Shown: positions 19,493 through 28,219 of the stretch, piece by piece
Position numbering within the stretch: the first letter of the stretch is position 1
Layout of the letters: each line of letters starts with the position of its first letter
Notes under the pieces: model-generated
Database searches by the model: none
The model's input: the letters and a program-made list of their open reading frames with translations, nothing else
What the model was told of the DNA's origin: nothing
Position numbers and translations under genes: made by a program
Assembly: GCA_041690355.1 (NCBI GenBank)
Contig: JAWLHK010000004.1
Location: forward strand, 186,001-250,000
Origin: a bacterium
GTDB taxonomy: Bacteria > J088 > JAWLBW01
Length of the DNA: 64,000 nucleotides
Reading direction: 5' to 3'

Positions 19493-20446
19493 TCAGTCGA
19501 CGGGCGGGGTGTCGGACAGACCGTCGAGATAGCGTTCGGCGTCGATCGCCGCCATGCAGCCGCTGCCCGCGGCGGTAATTGCCTGACGGTATTTGTGATC
19601 CTGTACGTCGCCGGCGGCGAAAACACCCGGGACGCTCGTATGCGTGCCGTCCTGCGTCAGCAGGTAACCCTGCTCATCCATGGCGAGCTGCCCCTTGAAG
19701 ATGGCGGTATTGGGCGTGTGGCCGATGGCAACGAAGACGCCGTCGAGGGCGATGTCGCTGACGGCGTCGGTCTCGACGTTGCGCACGCGTACGCCGGTCA
19801 CGCCGGTGCCCTCCCGATCGCCCAGAACCTCGTCGATGACCGAGTTGAGCTGGAACTCGATACGGGGGTTCGCCTGGGCGCGGTCCTGCATGATCTTGCT
19901 GGCGCGCATGCGGTCGCGGCGATGGATGATGACGACGTCGGCGAATTTGGTCAGAAAGTTTGCTTCTTCCATGGCGCTGTCGCCGCCGCCGACGACTGCC
20001 ACTTTCTTGCCTCGGAAAAAGGCGCCGTCACAGGTCGCGCAGGTCGAAACGCCGTAGCCCATGAGCCGCTTTTCAGACTCGAGTCCGAGCAGGCGGGCCG
20101 AAGCGCCGCTCGCAATGATCAGGGCGCGGCACTCGAAGACGTCGCCGTCGCCGTAGACGCGCTGGGTGCCGTTCGGGGTGAGCTCGACCTTCTCGACCGA
20201 ACGGACCATGAGCTTCGCGCCGAAGCGCTCGGCCTGCTTGCGCATCTCTTCCATGAGCGCCGGGCCCATGATGCCGTCGGCAAAGCCCGGAAAGTTCTCC
20301 ACATCGGTCGTCGTCGTCAGCTGTCCGCCGGGCTGAATGCCTTCGAGCACGATTACGTTCAGGTTGGCGCGCGCGGTGTAAACGGCCGAGGTGAGGCCGG
20401 CCGGGCCGGAACCGATGATGAGCACGTCGCTTTGGTGCAGGGCCAT
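19493..20446 (-). CDS. trxB: Thioredoxin reductase
   Basis: IIGSGPAG, GGQLTTTTDVENFPGF, CATCDG redox motif, VGGGDSAMEEA, HRRD, GVFAAGDVQD..YRQAITAAGSGCMAA. Confidence 0.97.
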   Translation of the reverse strand: MALHQSDVLIIGSGPAGLTSAVYTARANLNVIVLEGIQPGGQLTTTTDVENFPGFADGIMGPALMEEMRKQAERFGAKLMVRSVEKVELTPNGTQRVYGDGDVFECRALIIASGASARLLGLESEKRLMGYGVSTCATCDGAFFRGKKVAVVGGGDSAMEEANFLTKFADVVIIHRRDRMRASKIMQDRAQANPRIEFQLNSVIDEVLGDREGTGVTGVRVRNVETDAVSDIALDGVFVAIGHTPNTAIFKGQLAMDEQGYLLTQDGTHTSVPGVFAAGDVQDHKYRQAITAAGSGCMAAIDAERYLDGLSDTPPVD

Positions 20447-20577
20447 GAACTACCTCTGGGGAAAAACCATATTATACAGGGTCCGGACCGCGCCCGCAGT
20501 CCTCTGTGTCCGGGGATTTTCGGCAGGACTGCGGCGGGCGGCCATCCCCTCCTGCACGGGCCGCCGCAGAACGGGGC

Positions 20578-20607
20578 TTGACGCACCGGGCGCGGGCCGG
20601 ATACCAT
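20578..20607 (+). promoter_or_regulatory. sigma70-type promoter for the small basic ORF
   Basis: TTGACG (20578-20583), 18 nt, TACCAT (20602-20607). Confidence 0.6.
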
Positions 20608-20634
20608 TAAGGAATTTTTCGGAGATAGATATCC

Positions 20635-20754
20635 ATGGGTAACTCCCGCAACAAACGAGCCAGTGTCCTGCATGCCCGCCGCAAGCGCCGCGAAGAACGA
20701 CTGAAAGAGCGCGTGCGCGAAGCGAAGGCTGCGGCCGGCAAGAAGCGTAAGTAA
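20635..20754 (+). CDS. Small highly basic protein, 39 aa (MGNSRNKRASVLHARRKRREERLKERVREAKAAAGKKRK)
   Basis: Translated by hand; GGAGA RBS upstream, own promoter, sits in an otherwise empty intergenic gap; below ORF-track length cutoff. Confidence 0.7.
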   Translation: MGNSRNKRASVLHARRKRREERLKERVREAKAAAGKKRK

Positions 20755-20857
20755 CGCCGCCTTCTGTGTTTCCCTTATCCTGCCTTGTGGCATTCTGCTA
20801 CAGGGCATGATAACGTAAGCTATCTGTTCTACCAAGAACTGAGAAGGAGAGAAGTTC

Positions 20858-21061
20858 ATGTCATTCGCCCGCAAATTCACGTTCGGCGTCTTTGCCGCCA
20901 CCCTGCTTCTGACCGGTTGCGAGAAGAAGGAAGAAACGGCACCCGCCGTCGAAGCCCCCGCCCCCGAGCCCGAAGCTGCTCCCGCCCCCGCAGAAACGAC
21001 TGCGCCCGCGGCGGCAACGGCCGCGACCGCGCCGGCCGACGCGACGGCCCCGGCCCAGTAA
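20858..21061 (+). CDS. Small Ala/Pro/Glu-rich lipoprotein (67 aa)
   Basis: AAGGAG RBS, lipobox LTGC, low-complexity mature part, followed by a terminator. Confidence 0.85.
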   Translation: MSFARKFTFGVFAATLLLTGCEKKEETAPAVEAPAPEPEAAPAPAETTAPAAATAATAPADATAPAQ

Positions 21062-21091
21062 GCTGCGGCTTCGCCAGGATCTTTGGAGAAG

Positions 21092-21118
21092 AGCCCCGGG
21101 TAAGCCGGGGCTTTTTTT
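21092..21118 (+). terminator. Rho-independent terminator
   Basis: AGCCCCGG-GTAAG-CCGGGGCT followed by T-run. Confidence 0.88.
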
Positions 21119-21154
21119 CTACGTTTTCGCCTACTTGCGCCTTCTGTGAGGCGC

Positions 21155-21183
21155 TTGACAGCCTACAAGGCCGTTGTTAAGCT
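21155..21183 (+). promoter_or_regulatory. sigma70-type promoter for the TPR-barrel operon
   Basis: TTGACA (21155-21160), 17 nt, TAAGCT (21178-21183) with extended TG. Confidence 0.72.
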
Positions 21184-21207
21184 GTGCGGTACTTTTCGGG
21201 TACCCAC

Positions 21208-22722
21208 ATGCCACGCATCCTCTTTCTTTCTCTGCTTCTCGTGCTCTCGGCGGCTCTGCCTGCGGGCGCCGACGAAGGGCAGTGGTTGATGGCCCAGGGG
21301 CAGCTGGCCCTCGGCGCCGGCGATCCCGCCCGTGCCTACACCATCTTCCAGGAAGGACGTCGACGGTTTCCCGACGACGCCCGCTTCGCGTATCTCGCCG
21401 CCATCGCCGCCGAACGCAGCGGTAACGCCGAAGAGGCGTTCGAGCTTCTCGCTGCGCTGCGATCTCAAGGCAAGACGGCGAGCCTCCCGACGCTCGGTCT
21501 CGATACGGGCCGCATTCTCTACCGGCTCGGGCGCTACGAAGAGGCCGAGAAGGAACTCAAGGCGTACGCGAGCCAGCGCCCCGATGACGCTCTCGGCTTC
21601 GTCTGGCTGGGCGAGACCTATCTCGCTCAGGGCAAAGACGAAGAAGCCTTCGGCATGTTCAACCGCGCAGGCAAACCCGCCCCCGAGCTCCAGCCGATCT
21701 ACCACTATACGCGCGGCTCGCGCATCTTTCTCAACAACCCCGACGAGGCGACGGCCGAGTTGAAGCAGGCCATCGAATCGGGCCGCCAGGGGCCGCTGGC
21801 GCCGCTCGCCGAGCAACTCATCGACCTCGCGGGCAAGAAGAGCGAGCTCGAGCGCTGGTACAACATCGATATTGCGACCGGTTTTCAGCAGGACACGAAC
21901 ATGCTGGCCCACACCGCGGGCGACAGCGAGCGCTTCAGCGGACAGCGCGTGTCGCTCGCCGGGAGCTTCTTCGCCCGGCCGCGTATCGGCGATCAATTCT
22001 TCCTGGGGGTGGGCGCGTTGCTGAACCAGTCGATTGCGCTCGAAGCCGAAGGCCGGACGGGTCCCGCCGAGACGGCCCTCTTCGATTCCGGCGGCTACTC
22101 GCTCATGCTCGACGGCAGCTACCTGATCTCCGGCGAGGCGAGCGCATGGGAACCGGGCCTCGAGTATGCGATTCGCTACGGCACGCTGGCCGGCGAAGCG
22201 CACTCGCTGACCCACAACGTCTATCCGCGCGTGACCTGGTATCACGGTCCGACCTCGGCCGCCAAGTTCTACGGCATCGTGCAGCGCGCCGACCTGAACG
22301 ACGTCGCACGCGTCGGGCCGCTCGATTCCCTGGAGTCGGGCATGACCCTGGGCGCCGGCGTCGCCGAGTACCTGGTGTTCGGCGGCCGGCTCGACGCGTT
22401 GACGATGTTCCTTGAATACGCCATGCACTCGGTCGACGATCCGGACGGCACGGCCTGGCAGGGTCCGCGGCTCGGGGTCAACGGCCGCAGCCGGCTGGTC
22501 GCCGATCTGTATGCGGAATACGGGGTGTTCGGCGCCTACCGGATCGTCGACGCCTCGCACGGGGGTTCGGCGCTCTACTCTCACGTCGACGCCGGCCTCG
22601 GCTACCTGCTCTTCAACCATCTGGAAGTCGACCTGAACCTGGGCTACAGCCGGTCGTTCGGCAACGACGAGAACGCGTATGACCGGATGCTGACCGGCGT
22701 CTACGTACGGGGGCTGTTCTGA
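21208..22722 (+). CDS. TPR-repeat plus C-terminal outer-membrane beta-barrel protein
   Basis: Signal peptide; N-terminal TPR helices; C-terminal half of alternating beta-strands starting WYNIDIATGFQQDTN and ending GVYVRGLF (terminal Phe, BAM signal-like). Confidence 0.8.
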   Translation: MPRILFLSLLLVLSAALPAGADEGQWLMAQGQLALGAGDPARAYTIFQEGRRRFPDDARFAYLAAIAAERSGNAEEAFELLAALRSQGKTASLPTLGLDTGRILYRLGRYEEAEKELKAYASQRPDDALGFVWLGETYLAQGKDEEAFGMFNRAGKPAPELQPIYHYTRGSRIFLNNPDEATAELKQAIESGRQGPLAPLAEQLIDLAGKKSELERWYNIDIATGFQQDTNMLAHTAGDSERFSGQRVSLAGSFFARPRIGDQFFLGVGALLNQSIALEAEGRTGPAETALFDSGGYSLMLDGSYLISGEASAWEPGLEYAIRYGTLAGEAHSLTHNVYPRVTWYHGPTSAAKFYGIVQRADLNDVARVGPLDSLESGMTLGAGVAEYLVFGGRLDALTMFLEYAMHSVDDPDGTAWQGPRLGVNGRSRLVADLYAEYGVFGAYRIVDASHGGSALYSHVDAGLGYLLFNHLEVDLNLGYSRSFGNDENAYDRMLTGVYVRGLF

Positions 22723-23582
22723 TGAAACTCGCGACCCTTCTTTCGGCGGCTTCGCTGCTGCTTGCTTCTGCGGCTCCGGCCACGGCCAACCCCATCGGCA
22801 CCATCGTGTCAGGGCGGGCCGGCGTACTCATCAACCGCGGCCAGGATCAGGTTCCCCCGAACCCGGGCGTCCGGCTCGAAGCCGGCGATGTCGTGAAGTG
22901 CCTCGGGCGCACCACCCTCAAAGCCTTCGTCGGCGATGCCCTCGTCGTGTTCGGCCCCCTTTCGGTGACCAGAATCGTCTCGGCCGCGCCGCTGACGCTG
23001 GAGCTCGAAAAGGGGAGCCTGCGGGTCATGACCGATCCGGCCAAGGCGGCGGTCCCCTTCCGCATTCAGACGGCGGCCTCGATGGCGGGCACCGATACCC
23101 GCGCCGACATCTATATGCGCTACAATGCTTCGAGCGAATTTACCGAGATCGCGCTGATTGACGGTACCGCCGGCGCGGCCAACCGCAAAGGCATGCAGGC
23201 CTCGGTCGACCTGAAGGCGCGCGAGAGCACGCTGCTTTCGCCCGATTCGCCGCCCACGCAGCCGTCCTTGATGACCGCTCAGGACATCGGCGCCTACACG
23301 CGCGATCTGGATTCGGTCGACGCCCCGTACCCGAACGGCGACGTCTATGCGGCGCTTGAGCCGATCGTGAAGCGCGTGAGCGCATCCTACGAACAGCTGC
23401 GGCGGAGTTTCGCGCGGCCGTCCCTGCCGGCCAACGCCCCGTTTCGCACCTACGACACGCAGCGCCCCTTTCAGACGACGCTCGGGTTCGATCAGCCCGG
23501 ATTTTCCGTGGCCCCCGGCGATGCCGACGTCACCCTGCAGTGGCGCCTCGAACGTGAACCGCGCCTGACCCGAGACGAGTAA
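22722..23582 (+). CDS. Exported FecR-like domain protein
   Basis: Cleavable signal peptide; LEAGDVV, LELEKGSLRV, FRIQT, ALIDG, V.LKARE pattern of FecR beta-domains; TGATG overlap. Confidence 0.72.
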   Translation: MKLATLLSAASLLLASAAPATANPIGTIVSGRAGVLINRGQDQVPPNPGVRLEAGDVVKCLGRTTLKAFVGDALVVFGPLSVTRIVSAAPLTLELEKGSLRVMTDPAKAAVPFRIQTAASMAGTDTRADIYMRYNASSEFTEIALIDGTAGAANRKGMQASVDLKARESTLLSPDSPPTQPSLMTAQDIGAYTRDLDSVDAPYPNGDVYAALEPIVKRVSASYEQLRRSFARPSLPANAPFRTYDTQRPFQTTLGFDQPGFSVAPGDADVTLQWRLEREPRLTRDE

Positions 23583-23585
23583 GCC

Positions 23586-24446
23586 ATGCGTACGCTACGC
23601 CGTTCTGCCGCCGTATTTCTGCTGACCGCCCTTGGCGCCTGTGCCCCGGCCGCCGATCCAGGCCCCGACGCCGCCCGTCTCGCCGTCGAGCTGGTCATCC
23701 CGGCGCCCGAGTACCGGGGCTATGCCCTCGATACGACGGCCGAGCTCGCGAAGCTCACCCCCCGGCAGCTCGTCGTCATGATCTGCGAAGATGTGACGGG
23801 ATTCACCGACGTCCCGTGCAACCGCAAGGAGCCCGCCAGCTACAACGCCCTGAAGACCTTCAACATCGAGGGGCTTTCAGAGGGAACCGAAACGCTCAAG
23901 GCGCCGCCGGGCACCAAGCAGGTGATTTTCGCGCAGGGGCTGAACAACGACATCGTGACCTATCAGGGTTACGTGACCATGCCGGTCATCCTGCCGCGAG
24001 GCGTCTATCCGGTCACCCTGGTCATGACGCAGACCGACTTTGCCGAGCTGCCCCCGCCGGCGGCGCCGGTCATTACGCAGCCCAGCGGCGAGCGGGCCGA
24101 GATCGCCTTCGTCGACACAAGCCCCGCCGACGGCGTGGCCGACCAGACGACCTACGAGTTCAAGGGAACCCGGGAGTCGGGCACCTTTCTGCGCGTGCGG
24201 GCCGACGCCGGGTTTCTGGGCAGCCCGCGCCGCGACTTCAGCGGCAACGACAACCCGTCGCTCTACACCGAGACTGACGACGGCAACACGGTCACGTGGA
24301 GCCTCAAGGTACCGATTACGTCGAGCATGCAGCGCGGAAAGCGGTATGTCTTCACGTTCGACGTGGCCCGCAACGGGCGCAACGACTACAGCCCTGAAGT
24401 GACCCGCTATCTCAGCCTTTGTACGTCGGGGTTCTGCCCCCAGTAA
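23586..24446 (+). CDS. Lipoprotein of unknown function (two beta-rich domains, PPPAAPVIT linker)
   Basis: Lipobox LGAC; 3 nt after FecR-like stop. Confidence 0.8.
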   Translation: MRTLRRSAAVFLLTALGACAPAADPGPDAARLAVELVIPAPEYRGYALDTTAELAKLTPRQLVVMICEDVTGFTDVPCNRKEPASYNALKTFNIEGLSEGTETLKAPPGTKQVIFAQGLNNDIVTYQGYVTMPVILPRGVYPVTLVMTQTDFAELPPPAAPVITQPSGERAEIAFVDTSPADGVADQTTYEFKGTRESGTFLRVRADAGFLGSPRRDFSGNDNPSLYTETDDGNTVTWSLKVPITSSMQRGKRYVFTFDVARNGRNDYSPEVTRYLSLCTSGFCPQ

Positions 24447-24452
24447 GCGCTT

Positions 24453-24471
24453 GCCCCGTTCAGGGGCTTTT
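24453..24471 (+). terminator. Short hairpin plus T-run after the lipoprotein, overlapping a putative promoter
   Basis: GCCCC-GTTCA-GGGGC-TTTT; same bases give TTGCCC-17-TACCGT (24451-24479). Confidence 0.45.
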
Positions 24472-24500
24472 GCTACCGTGGAGTTCCGGAGGCCTCGTCC

Positions 24501-24602
24501 ATGATCGCCCGTTTTCTGATCGTCATTCTTCTCGGCGGCTTCGTCGAACGTGTCGCGCGCTTCTTCGTGTTCATGGAGAAGCGGGCCCGCAAACTCCCCT
24601 GA
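24501..24602 (+). CDS. Small hydrophobic protein, 33 aa (MIARFLIVILLGGFVERVARFFVFMEKRARKLP)
   Basis: GGAGG 8 nt before ATG, candidate promoter upstream, intergenic location; translated by hand. Confidence 0.55.
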   Translation: MIARFLIVILLGGFVERVARFFVFMEKRARKLP

Positions 24603-24747
24603 GGCGTCCCGGCCGGGACGTCCTGTTGCATACATCTCCGTGAACGGGCCTGTCAAGGGCCTGGCGGTCGCTCGGTAAGCGGTTTGCCGATCCTTCGCAG
24701 TTGAAGGCTAGCCTGAGGGTAGCGTGTCCCTCGGGAAAGGAGTCACT

Positions 24748-26208
24748 GTGAAAGGAAGTACCTTCGTCTGGGTCCTGTTCGCCGTCTGGGTTGCGGCCTG
24801 CGGTCCCGGCAAATCCAAGACCGACAAGGGTTCGTCGGGAACCTATCGGCCCCAGTCCATCTGCCCGCTCGGCACCGCCGACGAGCCCATCGCCCTCACC
24901 TCGGCCTACCGCACCGCCAACCATGACGGAGGCGACAGCGATCTGCATCTGGAGTGGGGGATCTCCCGTCAGACCCTCTACGTCTGCGGCGGAACGTGGA
25001 ATTTTCCGCTCTGGGTGACGAATACGTCGCAGCACAGCGCCGCCGAGCGCGTCTGGTTCACCGTCATCTTCTACCGCGGCAACGAATACGTCGAAGACTG
25101 GAGCATCGGGCCGATGGGGATCACCATTCCCGTCGGCGCCTCCCGTACCTTCGACTTTCAGGTCAGCTTGGACGACGCCTTCTCGTCGGCCCTCGATCGG
25201 GAGGTCGTCGCCTCGGTCATCATCCAGACCGACAACCCCAACTACAGCGATCCGGACGCCTTCTTCACCCGCACCTGGATGCGCCTGCTGACCGCCTCGG
25301 ACTGCAACGGCGATCCCGCTGCCGCGCAGCCGCCGCTGCAGGGGCTGGCGGTCCATTCGTTCACCTGCCAGGATCACACGGTGCTCCTGCAGACACATAC
25401 GTCGCTGATGGACGGCTGGCCGCACGCCGAGGTGATGGAAGGAGACATCTCGCTGAACGGCGACATCTATCAGGTCGGCAACTTTCTTTACCAGTCCATC
25501 CACATCGATGACATCGATTCGGCCTCCCCCGGGCGGGTCGACCTGCTGAGCACCGAAGAAGACCGCGTACGCTTCTACTTCCGCGAGCGGGTCGACTGCG
25601 CCTGGCTCCCCAAGACGCCTCCGGGGCAGGACCCGGGCGACGGAGATCCGCTGCCGCCGCCCGATCCGAACGACGATCCCGACGACTCGCCGCAGCCGCC
25701 CCAGCCGCGCCAGACGCGCATTGAAGAGTTCGCGGCGCTTTCGGCGTGCGGATTCGGGGGTGATCACTTCGTGCCGCCGCTGGCCGCGCCGGTTTCCGGG
25801 AAGGCGGCCACCGAGGTGCGACCCGATGGCAGCACGCTGCTGGTCTTCGAGCTGGCAAATCTGCCGGACCGCGACACCCTCCTCGGCGAAGCCTGGCTCG
25901 ACGACGCAAGCGAGGCCGTCTACCAGGTCTGGCTGACCCGGCGCGTGGGCGCGGGCGTGCTCTACGTCCCGATGGCCGTCGTGACGCCGCCCGCAGACGG
26001 CACGGCACGGGTACGGTTTGCAATCGATCCGGCGGCGCTCAAACCGGTTTCGAGCCGCACCGTCTGGCTGCAGGCCGAAGGCGAGTTCCGTCCCTATGAA
26101 GTCGGGCGCATGGCGCTCAAGGACTTCGACGCCGTCGTCGTCACGGTTCAGGACGCCGACCGCAACCTGGCGCCTTCAAACACCGCGATCGCCGGCGGAA
26201 GCCGCTGA
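24748..26208 (+). CDS. Multidomain lipoprotein with Asp/Pro linker and C-terminal RskA-like beta domain
   Basis: AAGGAG RBS then GTG; lipobox VAAC; DPGDGDPLPPPDPNDDPDD linker; C-terminal ...LANLP...YQVWL...FDAVVVTVQ. Confidence 0.75.
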   Translation: MKGSTFVWVLFAVWVAACGPGKSKTDKGSSGTYRPQSICPLGTADEPIALTSAYRTANHDGGDSDLHLEWGISRQTLYVCGGTWNFPLWVTNTSQHSAAERVWFTVIFYRGNEYVEDWSIGPMGITIPVGASRTFDFQVSLDDAFSSALDREVVASVIIQTDNPNYSDPDAFFTRTWMRLLTASDCNGDPAAAQPPLQGLAVHSFTCQDHTVLLQTHTSLMDGWPHAEVMEGDISLNGDIYQVGNFLYQSIHIDDIDSASPGRVDLLSTEEDRVRFYFRERVDCAWLPKTPPGQDPGDGDPLPPPDPNDDPDDSPQPPQPRQTRIEEFAALSACGFGGDHFVPPLAAPVSGKAATEVRPDGSTLLVFELANLPDRDTLLGEAWLDDASEAVYQVWLTRRVGAGVLYVPMAVVTPPADGTARVRFAIDPAALKPVSSRTVWLQAEGEFRPYEVGRMALKDFDAVVVTVQDADRNLAPSNTAIAGGSR

Positions 26209-26212
26209 TCCT

Positions 26213-26247
26213 GCCGCCGCCGCTCCACCCGGGCGGCGGCCTTTTTT
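26213..26247 (+). terminator. Rho-independent terminator
   Basis: GCCGCCGCC-loop-GGCGGCGGC then CTTTTTT. Confidence 0.8.
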
Positions 26248-26354
26248 CGACCCCGCGCGGAGAGCTTCTCGAGAGCTCTCCGCGCGTTTTTCTTTGTCTT
26301 TGGAAACAGGGTTTTATCCCTCAAACTTCCCCTGCCGCTCCGGTGGGCGTCGCC

Positions 26355-26383
26355 TTGACACCCCCGAGAGGTTGCTTTACCCT
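26355..26383 (+). promoter_or_regulatory. sigma70-type promoter for the FadL-like gene
   Basis: TTGACA (26355-26360), 17 nt, TACCCT (26378-26383). Confidence 0.65.
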
Positions 26384-26432
26384 TAGGTGTCTCAATCAAA
26401 CAGAAGTTTAATTCCCCATTTTCAGGTCCGAC

Positions 26433-28154
26433 ATGCGTAAGTCCGGCATCCTTCTTCTGCTTTCGCTCACCCTGGCGGCCGAGGCCCACGCCGATCAGTA
26501 CAGCCTCATCGGCTCGAGCGCCGAATCGGTGGCCCAGGGCGGGGCGCTCACCGCCGGTTCGGCCGGCGCCTCGGGCGCTTTCTACAACCCCGCAACGGTC
26601 GGCAAGAACAAGCTTCAGGAGTCGGAGTTCAGCTACATCTGGGCCAAGCCGGTGCTTTCGATCGACCGCGAGCGGCACTCCGAAACCGCCGAGTACATTC
26701 AGGCGGGCCCGATCCGCGACGAAGAAGATACCCGCTATGCCGAGAAGCTGTCGACCTACCACCTGATCCGCTATCAGAACCAGGTCAACAATCTGCAGGA
26801 AGACCGCGCCGAAAACGTGCCGCTCATCCGTGGCTTCAACATCGGCTTCGTCATGCCGCTTGCACGGCGCGACCGCGGTCCCAACGGTGAACTCGTACCC
26901 GCCCCCGCCTTTCTGAAGCGCCCGTTCACGCTCGGCGTGCTGGTCTACGTGCCCCAAGGTCCGATCCTGCGCCAGCGCGTCAACGCGCCTGAGACCCCGT
27001 ACTTCGTGGAGTTCGACGACCGCAGCCAGCGCCTGGTGGCCAACGCCGCCGTCAGCTACGACGTTCTTGAGAACCTGCGCCTGGGCGCCGGCGTTTCGAT
27101 GCTGGCCGACGTCAATGCAAGCCTTTCGGTGTTCGTACCCGTGCAGCTGCAGATTGAGAGCCTGATCTCCGAGATGGGCCTGCCTGCCGTCACGATTACA
27201 CCGCTGGCCGAAATTGAAATTCCGCCCGTGCTGGCTCCGACGGCAGGCCTGCAGTGGGAGCCGACCGAGTGGCTCTCCCTCGGCGCCAGCTACCGGCACC
27301 AGATCAAGACCGAAGTCAACGCCGATGCCAACATCTCGGTCTCGACGGGGCTGGCGCGGCCTACGGCAATCCCTGCAGAAATCCAGTCGAGCGCCGCTTT
27401 CACGCCGACACAGGTTGCGGGCGGCGCCCAGGTGAGCCTGCTCGACAAGCGGCTGCGCCTCTCGGCCGACGCGACCTGGTCCGAATGGTCAGAATACCGC
27501 CCGCCTGTGGCCGAGTTCCGCATCAGCAACATCCGCAGGCTCGTGAATGACATCATCGAAGGCAGCGGCGCAGAGCAATTCGCAGAGGAGCTGACCATCA
27601 ACTTTGAAGGCGTCGAAGTTCCGCTTGGCGACATCCTGGCTCTATTGCGAAAAGACGTGCCCAACAGCATTCATCAGTATTACGAGTTCGAAGGCTTTGA
27701 GGATACCGTCACACCCCGTTTCGGCGCCGCCTTCGACGTCAACGACAAGTGGACGCTCATGGCCGGGTATTACTATCGTCCGTCCATCATCAGCGACGAC
27801 GGACTCAAGATGACCCGCATCACGACGACCGACTTCGGGCTCGACGCACAGGGTAACCGCAACGTGGTCGTCGAGCGCGACGTCATCAATCACAACACCC
27901 TCGACAACGACCAGCACGGCTTCTCGCTCGGCACCAAGTTCCGCTGGGACAACATCACCTTCGGCGCGACCGCCCTGTTCATCGACCTGGTCGAGCAGAC
28001 CGTCGACAAGACCGCCGACGACGACCTGATCCCCGACGACGAAGCCGACTACAACGACGCGCCGGGCACGCAGACGACCCAGTGGGGCTATCCCGGTTAC
28101 ACCTACGGCGGCCACATCGTCGGCGGCATGGTGCAGCTCGGCTACGAATTCTGA
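26433..28154 (+). CDS. FadL/OmpP1-like outer-membrane hydrophobic-compound transporter
   Basis: Signal peptide; GSSAESVAQGGALTA...AFYNPA hatch motif; WSEWS; DTVTPRFG; C-terminal LGYEF. Confidence 0.85.
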   Translation: MRKSGILLLLSLTLAAEAHADQYSLIGSSAESVAQGGALTAGSAGASGAFYNPATVGKNKLQESEFSYIWAKPVLSIDRERHSETAEYIQAGPIRDEEDTRYAEKLSTYHLIRYQNQVNNLQEDRAENVPLIRGFNIGFVMPLARRDRGPNGELVPAPAFLKRPFTLGVLVYVPQGPILRQRVNAPETPYFVEFDDRSQRLVANAAVSYDVLENLRLGAGVSMLADVNASLSVFVPVQLQIESLISEMGLPAVTITPLAEIEIPPVLAPTAGLQWEPTEWLSLGASYRHQIKTEVNADANISVSTGLARPTAIPAEIQSSAAFTPTQVAGGAQVSLLDKRLRLSADATWSEWSEYRPPVAEFRISNIRRLVNDIIEGSGAEQFAEELTINFEGVEVPLGDILALLRKDVPNSIHQYYEFEGFEDTVTPRFGAAFDVNDKWTLMAGYYYRPSIISDDGLKMTRITTTDFGLDAQGNRNVVVERDVINHNTLDNDQHGFSLGTKFRWDNITFGATALFIDLVEQTVDKTADDDLIPDDEADYNDAPGTQTTQWGYPGYTYGGHIVGGMVQLGYEF

Positions 28155-28180
28155 GCGCAGCGTTTCAAGATTGCACGAAG

Positions 28181-28209
28181 AAGAGAGCGGGCGACCGCTC
28201 TTTTTTTTT
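28181..28209. terminator. Rho-independent terminator between convergent genes (possibly bidirectional)
   Basis: AGAGCGG-GCGA-CCGCTCT with T9 on the + side and AAGAAG on the left. Confidence 0.9.
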
Positions 28210-28219
28210 AATGCGGAAC

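Noticed and set aside
19493-20446. trxB as part of the arsenic-linked operon
   Set aside because: About 8 kb away, separately promoted and a typical housekeeping copy; it could supply electrons but proximity is not evidence.
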